DNA of 64,000 nt, from NCBI RefSeq assembly GCF_964204645.1, contig NW_027437453.1, forward strand, positions 1 through 64,000, given 5' to 3'. Shown piece by piece: positions 49,684 to 61,491 of this stretch. The translations under genes were made by a program, and so were the position numbers. Under the pieces are notes generated by a model, which worked only from the letters and a program-made list of their open reading frames with translations, was not told where the DNA came from and made no database searches. Within the stretch, counting starts at the first letter, position 1. The number at the start of each line of letters is the position of its first letter. Source of the stretch: Tubulanus polymorphus (Eukaryota > Animalia > Nemertea).

Positions 49684-49819
49684 GGCCGGTTCCATACTCA
49701 TCGCTTAGACTTAAGACCAGTCTAAGACTATCTTAGTTCTATAGCTAATCTAACAGCTTAAAACCAGTCTTAAGATTTAAGACCACTTTTGGACTTAAGT
49801 CTCGACTATGGAACCGGCC
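49684..49819. mobile_element. PIF/Harbinger-like MITE
   Basis: GGCCGGTTCCATA...TATGGAACCGGCC with internal TTAAGAC repeats. Confidence 0.7.
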
Positions 49820-50892
49820 CCTGGTGAAGTAATGGAAGGGTTAGGTGCGCTACAGAGCTGCCAACTGTTTCACTGTATTTTCGTAGGGCAGTAGCTTTTT
49901 GCTTCTGCTGTGCCCAAAGCATTTCCTGATAGTATGTCTGAAATCGAATATGTCAGCGTAGTGACACACTAGCTGCAAGTGCTACTAAATTTATCGCGAG
50001 TATAATGAAATCTTTAAAAACCATATATTGTTATAAGCGGCTAAAAATTAATTAGGGGAAAACTGTTACGCTCGCTTGACCAAATAACAACGAGCTACTT
50101 TATACACAAAAAACCGGATGTTCTATTCAATTTTCTTATTGCCATATATTATTTACCATTACATAATATTCATGCATAAAGGCCACCACCTTACAGTTTC
50201 CATATTCTAAACAAACAGATGCGCTTGTATGGCTACGCAAAAGAGATACCCTTGATTCTCATCAGTCCTTTTTTGGGAAATGTGACGAGGGAGGCAGGTT
50301 TTCATTTTCACCTCAACTTTGAAAGAAAAATAAAAGAGGAACAAAAAGCCTTATATCATTCCAAATTCCAAAAGCAACAGTGACGAGGGCGACAATTTCT
50401 TATTTCCTAAATGAGGAAATTGCGTTATGAAAGGCGTCAACGACCTTGAATGGCGACGGAAAGCACTTCGTTAGCGAAATGCTCACCTGCCATTCATAAT
50501 TAAAGTATCGACCGTCAGACAAAAACATTCAAAAGTGTCATTAGGTTGTTTATCGGGATGCGTTTACTTTAAAGAAAGAAACGAAGACAGCTTTCTGCAT
50601 ACGGGACGCATATTCATATTCTGCTTATTTCTTACTGAAGAACGATTTTTGGCGCGCCGAAATGAAACCGATGAGAAACCAGCTAGCTATTATTTTTTGC
50701 GTGGCCTAATACGAGTATAAAGAAATGAATTTAAATAGAAGAAAATACAAGAAATGAACGTGAACGTGATTATTATCCCAACTAATGTATGATGACGTAA
50801 TTTTCACTCTGGATACACTAGATCAACATAAGGTAGATGAATTACACAAGGTTTCAACCGGACCTCGAATTATGGTTATTCATACGTGTTCT

Positions 50893-51789
50893 TCAGACGT
50901 TTCTGGCCAGTAAGAAGTTTTCCAGTGTCATAGGCAACATCGGGAACCCATAACTATATACGACATGTTTACGGATGACATCCTGGATTTGTGCGCGCAA
51001 CGTTTCTGCTAAGGTATCTAAATCTAGGCCAGTGATAAACGTCGGTATCGCGTGGCACATTTGACGAATGGCTGCTTCCTGTTTGTTGACGCATAATCTG
51101 GCTGTTTTCAGAGCTAGGTGCATCAGAAGTGCGGCCTCATCGGTGGAGCGCGAAACCACCTTCATCTTAGCCGCTTTCATGCGTAGGAGTTCATCTATGT
51201 CATATCGAATGAAGGGAATGGATTGACCGTCATCGGCGAGAGCTTGGATTTCTTGACAAACGCTGAAAACCTTTTCATTCGTCGTAGAAGTCAGGAACAC
51301 TCGTCCACACTCGTTAGCTAGCTTATAGAGCGACACATCCAAACATTCTGCCGGATTGTCCAAGTATTAGAGCACGTGCGAAAAAATTATCAAATCATAG
51401 AAGTCATTTGGTAAGAAAGAAGGCGCCTCCTCGCTAGAGAACTTACGTTTATAGACCTCGGATTCGAGGTTGTACTTGCTGGCGAGTGTATTCATTCGAG
51501 TCTCCAGCTCCCGTGCCATAGCGTCGTTTGGTTCAATACAGTCCATGCGTTCGAAACTCACTTCATCGCCGAGTTCGGTCACCACGTCTTCCAACAAATA
51601 TCCGTGAGCCGAACCGACTGATAGCAGCCTCAAACCTCTCCACCTGCTATTGTCTGTTGCCGACAGTTTGTCGCTAGAAGACTTACGGACAGCGCGAACG
51701 GCTTCACATAATCGCTTCGGTCCGAAATTATTTTCGCTGTGATGCAAACGAAATGATCGGAAAGCTTCGCTGTATTTTAGATCATTCAT
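50893..51789 (-). pseudogene. Class I SAM-dependent methyltransferase (histamine N-methyltransferase-like); intronless CDS with one premature stop at 51367-51369
   Basis: LRLLSVGSAHG (motif I), DCIEPN, YDLIIFSHVL*YLDNP (canonical FSHxLYY); the two ORFs are in frame. Confidence 0.8.
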
Positions 51790-54700
51790 CTTCCTGTCCT
51801 GAAGTGTCGTCTACCAAAGAGAAAATATGTTCTGGTCGAAACGAACGTCCGAAGATAATGACGGAATCGGTAGAGAACAATCAGAACTAGCTTTCTGCGC
51901 TGCTATAATGCAAATTCTAGTTCAACTACACCGATTATTCCTAAAGCACCATATTGTTGGGTATTATTGCTTTCTATGCATGAATATAAAGTAGTATAAG
52001 GCCAAATAAAAAAAGTTCTTTTTCGTTACATAAGCTCCATATTCAGATTCGACAGCTAATCGGTAATAAACGCTCATGTATTATAACCACGTCACCAGTT
52101 TTCACGGTGTTAGCTTTCGCGCCATTTTTCTTAATTTCGTTTGCGTGGCGTTCACGCAGTACTGCGAGGTACTCATTTTTGAAGCGCTTCTGAAAGTGTC
52201 GAACTATTTGCGCTCGGTGAAACGCCATTTTTTGAAGAGACTGGCTAACTTTACCTTGACCGAATTCTGGGTCGAAAATTTCGGTCTCATCGATACTTTC
52301 ACACGGAATCAATTCGACTTCGCGACCAAACAGTAACGAGTTCGGTGTTATGGGTTTGATATCCTCGATCTCTGTCGGGATGACGGTTAAGGGGCGGTTA
52401 TTTATCGTAGCTTGTATTTCTTTAATCAAGGTTTGTAATTCGTCTAATGATACTTGTGCATGTGCTAGAACCTTTTTAATAGCGGTTTTGACGATGCCGA
52501 TGCATCTTTCATGCATCCCCGCCATCCACGGCGCTTGGACCGGAGTATATTTAAACTTCATTCTTTTATCCGCGTAGATTTTTTGTGCGTTGTCGGATGA
52601 AGCGATTTCATACAGACGTTTTATCTCAACCTCCCCCGCGATGAAGGTCTTTGCGTTGTCCGAGTATATAATATTCGGAGCCGAATAAGAACTACAGAAG
52701 CGTCGGAATGCCCTGATGTAAGAATCAACGGTTGCGTCTGTAACTATCTCGAGATGAATTGCTCGAGTCGTACAGCATGTGAAAAGACAAATATAAACTT
52801 TATTTTCGCCGCGGACGTATAAATGGCCAGTAAAGTCGATGGCCGTAGCGGTGAATGGTTTTAGCTCATTGAGCCTGAAACTGGGTAATGGTGGTGGTGG
52901 TGGTGGTGCTAGATATGGGCGACCGTACAATCTTTTGCATGTCACGCATTTCCTCAGTATTTTCTTTGCTAGAGATCTAAGAGATGTGATCCAGAAACGT
53001 TTGCGGACTTTGTTGACTGTCATTCCTGTGCCGTAGTGAAATACCGATTCGTGTGCATCCCTGACAATTAATGACGCTAGGTACGACTGGTTTGGGATGA
53101 GAATGGGTTCTTTCCGTGCTTGGGTTATTTCAGCATTTCTGAGCCTGCCAGCACATCTCAATGTTCCTTTCGCATTGCGATAGACCCCTAATTGTCGCAC
53201 TATAGTCGGACACTTTGATGTCTTGTGGGTGAAGTAAGAGTGGTCTTCCGGATATTCCTTCAGTTGGACACTTTGTATCCAGATGACTTCTGCCTCCCGT
53301 ATATCGTCTGCTGAAATGATGTTTTTAGATTTTAACCCTTTTCTGAAGGCTCGTTTGACCAACGCGGTGACCCGTAATAGTCTTCGATAGTCAGTGAAGT
53401 CCTGAACCTGTATGATCTGGTCTATACCAGTAATTTCCGCCTGACCGGTCCTTGTCTGGAATTCGTTTTCAATCTCTAGGCTAACGACGAGTATGACCGA
53501 GGTGTCTGGTTGGTCGTCGGGAGGTGGTTCGTCTTGGTTTTCCATCCACTCTGGGCCAGTAATCCACATTGATCTCATGAGCTCGTCATATGTGGCCCCT
53601 CTCGAAAGGATGTCTGCTGGATTTAGCTTCGACGGTACGTGCTTCCACTCATGCACATTGCAGAGCTGTTTAATCGCTGTAACTCGATTTTTTACGAACA
53701 CTTTAAGTTCCTTTTCTGATTTCAACCAGTACAGGGCTACAGCTGAGTCTGTGAAATAATGATTGTCAATGCCCGCGTATTCCTTCTCGTAGATTCTTCT
53801 GATTGAATCGGCGTATTTCGCTGCCATAACCATGCCCTCTAATTCAAGGTTTGGGACTGTTCACCCGGCCTTTGCTTTAGAGATGACCTTGTTTTTCGAG
53901 CCTATGAGACGTATTTTGTTGCCTTGCTTTCCATATATAACACAGCCTACCGCACTATTTGGGGCTGCGTCGCAAAATACCATAAGTTTAATCGGTGACT
54001 CGTTGTCGAATCCGAGCCACCTCGGAAATTCGATCTGATGAGTCTGATTTAGATTGCTGTGAATGATGCTCCATTCCTTTAGCTCGCTTTGGTCTAATTC
54101 TTGATCCCACTCTTTGGACGACTGCCAGAGTTTGTTGATAAACACCTTAGCAGTAACTGTAACTGGAGCAACCAGACCTAGTGGGTCAAATAATGCCGCT
54201 GTGCGTGATGCGACCTTTCGCTTTGTTATGGTGGCTTCAGTCTGTGTCATTGATTTCCTGGCTATAGTTATGACGTCATTATCTGCATTCCAGGTCATTC
54301 CTAGCAGTGGCACTGATGTTGTATCTCTCACATGGATATCTCGGTTGGTTGCCTTTTTCATTAGGAGTTGAGAGTTAGATGCCCACTGCCTCAGTCTGAA
54401 GTTACCCCGTTGCATTATCTCCATAGCTTCTTCGAAGTATTCAGATACTTGGTCTTCTTTGCTTAATGTACTGAGTAGATTGTCAACGTAGAGTTTCATA
54501 CCCATGTCCTGTGCCACCCACGAGTCTCGGTGGGCGTCAAAGTGTTTCGACAGGACAGCCGCCAGCGTGAATGGGCTCGCCGTAGATCCAAATATGACAG
54601 TATTATGTTGGTATGGGACGATGCCCTTCGATGGATCGTTATCCTTATACCAAAGGAAACGTACGTATCGTCTATCTTTCTCCGCTAGTTGGACTGACAA

Positions 54701-55835
54701 AAAGGCTCGGGCGATGTCGGCTGACATAGCGACTACACCCGTTCTGAACTGCATGATCAGTGAGGGCAGATCCACCAGCATATTGGGCCCTTGGTATAAA
54801 CAGTCGTTCAGTGAGGGTGAACCTGCGCTCGCGTCAAATACTATTCTCAGTGGAGTTGTTGGGCTGTCTTTCATGATGAAGAAGTGTGGGATGTAATAAC
54901 AACCCTCTTCCAACAAGGCTTGGTCTGGGTTTGGGATTTCCGAGACAGTTCTTCTCAATATGCTCTTGCATCACCTTGGTGTATGCGCCCATAAGTTCAA
55001 GGCGTTGTAGACGATTAGTTACTTGTTTTAATCTGTACCTACTCTGGGTTAGATTGTTTTGAAGTTCTGAGTGGTCTTCCTTCCATGGTAGCGGTGCGTA
55101 GTAGCAGTTATCCTTGTACTGGATTTTCTCTTTATAATCCTCTAAGAATATATTATCCTCTATGCATCCTTGATCTTCGAAATGGCCAGGGAATTCGGCG
55201 GTATTATTCCTCAGGAATTCGTTGAGTATCGTGTCACTAAATTTTTGGTTAGCATCCCCGATCTCTAGCATATCAGAAACTGCGGTAAGCGTGAATGCAT
55301 GTGGATTGTGGTCATCTTTGTACTACGGACCATAAACAAAACAACCGAGATTAGAAAATTGGATGATTGGCCCACCGGGGATATTTTCCGTACGGTTTTC
55401 GAGGAATAAATATAGTGACCGCAACCGATTAATATATCCACGGTGAATAACTCAGCTTCGAAATTATCCGCGAGGTGGTCTAATCTAGATATTTCCGGAA
55501 ACTCAAGACATTCGGCCCATCGTTTGCGATATATGGGCTTAACGATTTCATTCGATATGGCGACATCGATATGTATCGTACCTTCGGTGGTAACGATGTC
55601 ATACACGCGTTTTGAAGTATGACCCCCAAAACCATTTACGGTCAACGATCGTTGGTAGCGCGGTTTTAACCCGTGAGCGGTGGCTATATCCTTGCGGATG
55701 TAACTGAGCATGGAACCGTGGTCGAGAAGGAGATTTGCATTTTTAAACTTATGACCATTATTTTCCAGATTAATTTGGCCCGTTTCCAACAAAACTATAT
55801 CGCTGGGAGCAACGGCAGCCTGAATCGCATTGCTT

Positions 55836-55950
55836 TCACAAGTATATTCCGATTGATTTTCGCATGTATATTCCGATTGATTTTCGCATGTATTTTCCGA
55901 CTGATTTTCGCATGTATATTCCGTTGTTTGATTCGACAAACTTTCGCATG
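55836..55950. repeat. 24-bp tandem repeat within BEL gag (TCENQSEY)n
   Basis: GATTTTCGCATGTATATTCCGATT-like units. Confidence 0.8.
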
Positions 55951-57248
55951 TTTCGCTCACAATCTCGTGATTGTGGACTCGATTCGCATTTGGTTCGATT
56001 AATCCAATGTTTGTGTTTTTGTTTTGTATCGCTGCGCATCCAGTAGTAGTAGTTAAATTATCTCTGTGTAGACTCGTGTGGTGTTGTCTGTTGCACTTCA
56101 TACATCTACCCGAATTCCGGCAATTTTTTACTCAATGGTTCGGTTTCAGGCAATTAATACACAGTTGCCTCTCTTCAGTTTTCGCTTTTCGATTTTCGAG
56201 ATTTAGATGACATCTGGTAGGTCCATGTTCTCCGTCGCAGAATGGACACTGGTATCTTCGCTGGTTTCCGACAAAGGACGTAGTTGTCATTCTCGGTCGC
56301 TGTTGGTTAGACGATGTTGATGTGATTTCTCCAATGTTTTCAAGTTGTTCTTCGAATTTCTTAATAAATTCATCGAGTTCAAAATCACCTGCTTGGCCAC
56401 ATGTGCCCATCTTTTCGAGAAAGACTCTCGGGATTTTCTTTTCCATTGATGTGACAATAAATGAAGCACATGCGTTGACATCTACGCCCAGGTGTTGTAG
56501 AGATCGAATGTTGGCGTTGGCTTGATTGACGAATTGTGATAGAGACGCAAAGTTCATAGCCGCTGGTGGTAATTCGTGAAGGTTGTTTACGTGAGCGCGA
56601 ACTATTTTACGTTTCTGTCCGAATCGATCCGTGAGTATTGATATTAAGGAGTCCAAATTAGAACCGGACGCGTGGATACCCTTAACGGCATCAAGTGCGT
56701 TACCTCTCAGCTGCCCGATTATGTAGTTAAATTTAGTGATTTGTGAGAATTTACCCATCAATACGTCAGCTTGTATTGTCTCCCAAAATGATGTCCAATC
56801 AGTATAATTCCCGCTGAACGTTGGTAATTTCAGTTTGGGTAACTGCGCGGTCTTCTGGGTGTCGGTATCCTGGATCTGCTCAAGCTTGGTGTTCTGATGA
56901 TTACGATTTTCGAGGTACTTTTTTATTTTCAAGAGTCCTATGCGTTCCTGGCTGCGTCTTTCATTCGAATCTTTGATTTCTTTTTCGAATTCATCGTCGT
57001 CTTTTCGCATTTCTTGGATTCTTTCTGCTAACGTTTCTCTGGATTCGTGGACCAGTCGCATCTCGTCTAATCGTGCTTCGATTTCGGTTGCATCGTCTTC
57101 TGCGATATTGACTTCTTGCATAAGTATTAGGATTCGCTCGTAGTTCGTATCAAATGTGTCGATATCCGCATTTCTTCGTTTTCGGAGCTGGTCCAGCGTT
57201 TCTTTTTCTTTTGGCATTTCTGATCGTCTAGAGGTTTTGGTTTGTGTA

Positions 57249-57266
57249 ATCCTGGTCACGGCACCA
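57249..57266 (-). promoter_or_regulatory. tRNA-His primer binding site
   Basis: Reverse complement TGGTGCCGTGACCAGGAT, directly abutting the LTR. Confidence 0.85.
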
Positions 57267-57523
57267 TGTCGTTACGAGTGTAACGGTGGAGAATTGAACA
57301 TAGAAAAACGTGACTGCTTGGTTAAGATATCATAGCAAGAGTGTCCTTTATTTTACGTAATGATAACAAAAGAGTATAGTACGCATGCGCGGGCCAGCAA
57401 AGATGAAGAGAAACCGCAGATATAAACCAGATGTAAACAGCTATATGCATGAATAGAATTAGTAACGCTTGACTTCAATATAGTTATGTAAGTTGGGTGA
57501 GAATTGGGACGCAGTTTCCGACA

Positions 57524-59274
57524 GTGTCAATGCGAACTGTTTCACATATTTGATATATTTTCATGATATAGAATATCCATTCTATTTGTTTTGTTGTATG
57601 AAACCGGAACGTCCGATCATAAGTCCAACCTAATTTGGCTCATTCTCATAACAATGATAATCATATCTAATTTAACTGATTGTGATCGAAACTACACTGA
57701 ATATATTAATATATTATTTAGATAAAACGAAACTTGTTTAAACTAGTGGATTAACATAGTGGATTTTCCATCTGAGTTCTATAAGGGTTTCTATTTTCAA
57801 GAAAATGAACAACTGAATCAAACGACCAATTGTTATCACTACACGATAATTAAAATATCATTTGGTTTAATCTTATCACACCATTATCGCATCAGAATAC
57901 CACGAGCACCGGCTAAAAATATAATTCTAAATGTGATAACTCTTAATGATGACACAACTATTTCGAATCAGTTGCAATGCCGCCTACTACCATGGCCTGA
58001 TAGTTCACATTATTTATAAATAACTTTCGCATGGTTCGCTCTTTCTTCGAGACCATGCATTTGACCGCTGTAAAGACTTTCTTTGTAGGCCTATACTAGA
58101 GCATTTTATTTATAATTCCGTAACATTACAACATAAAGCCACATAGACCGAAAGCGACCAGGCCATTCCGTCTACTCGATAATACCTATTGCACATGGAC
58201 ACGAACTTCAATAATACACACACTATACATCACTGCTGGATATTAAGAACACTTAAAAGTCAGTGTATACATTGAACATCCTCAGATTCGTGATTATTTG
58301 CTACATATGTCATTTCTAGCTATTACATGGGCATATACACTAATACAGATTAAAGAGCTGACATTTTATCTTTAATCAGTATTCAATCACCATCACTATC
58401 ATATAGCAATAGATCCGCTCGCGTATTGTGAATCACTTTGAAAATAACCCGAAAGTGGAAAAAGTATAATACACTGTGTCATAAAAGATCCAGTTGCGAG
58501 ACGATACTGCGATTCAGCTAAACAACTTTTCCATCAATTCCGTTAATAGAAATAAAAGCAAACAATGCATTTAGAATATATCAAAAATTTGAATGTTTTT
58601 GAACATTTGAATGTTTTGCTTTGCATGCTAGTAACAAAATAGATAACTGATTTGTGTTGAACCAGTTCCTTTAGGAATAAGATGAAAAGCTTATTTTTTG
58701 GTAGTAGTTCATGTCACCTAAATTCTATTATGTCTTGTTTAACTGAAAACTTTAATAATATCTATAATGCTGGGTATATATATACACGTACGTGGGTAAG
58801 ATGATAATTGTTCCGTATAATTTCCTACCGGTTAACTTTTATTCATGTATTAAAAATTGAATTAATTGAATTTCGTGGTCGATTCCTTGGCGGGTTTTGA
58901 ATTCTTAATGTCGTGTCAAAATGAGGTCCGCAAATCATTTGAGTAATTGAGTCTATCGGGTCATGGTGGAGATGGAAAATTATCGAAGGCTTGGATTCCG
59001 ACATTCCATGTCAAAATGAGTTCCCGGAACTCACTGTTGCTGGGTTTTTGGAAACGCTTGCCATCGAGGATGGGAATTTGATTACACTGGTGTCCGTTTT
59101 GTGCAAATCAATGACATAATAACCCAACATCGCCAATTCTAAGCCGGCTTGAAAATGAGGTTAAGTGGTTCCCGTGGCTTCAATTCAAAGAAAACAGGTT
59201 TTCACCTACTTCAAATTTAAGCCGAAAACAGGGAAATTAACTGTATTTTCCTTATTTGTCGCATACACCCTTTT
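57524..59274 (+). mobile_element. Second copy of the right part (incl. ~300-bp TIR) of the long-TIR element; paralogous to 44688-47279 minus the LINE
   Basis: Colinear high identity over ~1.75 kb. Confidence 0.9.
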
Positions 59275-59679
59275 TTATCGCTTATGCGCGAAGAAACGTT
59301 TTACATTGGAATGTCCAACACCAAGATTTGCGGTCCAAACACGCATATGTGAGAAAAGGTCAAGAACAGAAAATATACAAAGCTACCGAACTGCGGCGGA
59401 TGGTAGCAGATGCTGAGCGAAAACAGTGCATCCTGCTGTCAGTTTGTGCAGTCGTTGTAGGTCAACGCGTTATCAGAATCATTCGCACGATAGGTTTAAT
59501 CGAGTGAGCATATCCGTTTGGAGCTGAGCAGCAGAATTTACTTATTCTTCTATTCGAAGGTAAGATTTTATCTATACTTAGTTATAATTAACGGGTTTTA
59601 GTATAAATACTGATATAAGTCTAACAGACTTTTGAATGACCAAGTCCGTGTAAATGGGTTATCAATATCGTGCCTTCTT

Positions 59680-60249
59680 CAAACCCGTAGCCAGGATTTT
59701 GAAAGGGGCGTTGTTTGAATTATAAAAAGGGCACTTCTGCATGTTTTGTATCCCAGGAAAGCGAGCATCGTGTGCTTAAAAACAGAATTCTGTAGTTATT
59801 CCACAAACAATAAAAACACAACAAATGCATTTCAGTATAACCATTTGAAATGTTAGAATGACATTTATTCACCGCTAATAGAAGTAACTCTGGATGTTCA
59901 ATAGTTCAAATTAAAATGTTTGCTAACTACATTCGTCTTGGGTTTTTTCCCGCGTATATTTTCGCAACAGCTGGTGAATTCGAATCTGTTGCTGAGTCGC
60001 TGGTAGGATGTGGCCTACACTGAACATCTCAAGTGGTGCCTCTGAACCCTTTTACATATTCGATAGCTCAGGCAGTAGTGTTTCGATTGATGCGCAAAAG
60101 CGATGATCAATTGACAACAAACAAGTGTAATAAAGCGTGTAATAATTCGTAACAAGTTGGCTGAAAAAATTACCAAAATCACTAAGGGCACTTTCTATAA
60201 AGGCGCGTTCGTTCGAACGGACAACCCCCCCCCCCTGGCTATGGGCTTG
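59680..60249. mobile_element. MITE (hAT-like)
   Basis: CAAACCCGTAGCCAGG...CCTGGCTATGGGCTTG. Confidence 0.65.
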
Positions 60250-60392
60250 TTGTTAAAAGCATCACTAGAAATGAAATACAAATGTTTTTCCCGATAGCAA
60301 AGACATTGAAATAGGATTTCCAGAGGATGAACCTTTTATATCTATAGCATATTAGATAAATTAGATACAAATATGATTGTTTTTTTTTTCAG

Positions 60393-60766
60393 TATCCGGA
60401 AATAAAACGAACGTGAAGATGGATCGCAACATAAACGTCGAAGGACCGTGGGGTTTACGTTTCATCGGAAACGACGCATGGTTGGTTAATGACAACGATA
60501 TCTCTGTACATATAAAAGACATAAAACAAGCCGGCTGGATTGGATGGGTGAAGGTATGTAAGTTCAAATTTCGCTTCTCTTACAGTGAACATGAACAGAG
60601 CTCTATAACGCAACCTTTTTTCCACAGATTTCGACTTCGAATACCACAAAGCGCTACAAGCTGTCCCAGTTGATCACCGAAAACCTCCCCGAATGTTTAA
60701 AGCGGACAGTGAACTCGAGATCAGAATTTGTGAAGGCGTTTAATGAGTTGTTATTAGAGGATTCTC
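60393..60766 (+). CDS. Two probable coding exons of an unidentified host gene (60393-60553, 60628-60766)
   Basis: Polypyrimidine-AG acceptors and GTATGT/GTAAGT donors; the frame stays open across the 74-bp intron. Confidence 0.5.
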
Positions 60767-60878
60767 GTAAGTTACCTTAAGATTTTAGTCGAATAATTTT
60801 GTATCTAGTAACATAAGCATGAAATGAGAGATTCTACAATGGGAAAAATGACGATAACCGAGATCTAGAAATATGTTC

Positions 60879-61491
60879 AATAGATCTAAAAATCGCCTGA
60901 GTTTTCGACGATGTGATCTCATTATATAAAAGGGAACCTCGCTTTATTCGGACACAGTAATACTGGCAAACATTTGTTTGATATAGAATAATAATTATCT
61001 TTATTTACATTGAGATGATTGGAAGGTTAGAAAAATATGCCAGAAAGTCGAAAAATGATCTCTTTTAGTTTTGGAAAAGTATCCACAATTTAGATAATAA
61101 CAGAAAAATTTCATATTTGATTACGTAGATCAGTTTAGAATGTACACGCTCGATTTCGGTTAACAGGTTAACATCGTGTGTGTATAATAGATCTAAAAAT
61201 CGCCTGAGTTTTCGACGATGTGATCTCATTATATAAAAGGGAACCTCGCTTTATTCGGACACAGTAATACTGGCAAACATTTGTTTGATATAGAATAATA
61301 ATTATCTTTATTTACATTGAGATGATTGGAAGGTTAGAAAAATATGCCAGAAAGTCGAAAAATGATCTCTTTTAGTTTTGGAAAAGTATCCACAATTTAG
61401 ATAATAACAGAAAAATTTCATATTTGATTACGTAGATCAGTTTAGAATGTACACGCTCGATTTCGGTTAACAGGTTAACATCGTGTGTGTA
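60879..61491. repeat. Apparently perfect tandem duplication with a 307-bp period
   Basis: 60879-61184 repeated at 61186-61491. Confidence 0.9.

Larger units (their letters stand above)
52070..57523 (-). mobile_element. BEL/Pao LTR retrotransposon with frameshifted gag-pol; 5' LTR at 57267-57523; 3' end truncated
   Basis: LTR TGTCG...CGACA; gag LPKLKLPTFSG; protease LLDHGS; RT YVDN; RNase H FCDA; integrase H..H..C..C, DFTG, SDNAKTF, HERCIG. Confidence 0.93.

Noticed and set aside
59284-59559. Upstream exon of the host gene at 60393
   Set aside because: The donor site has the right phase, but the frame contains a TGA and no homology is recognisable
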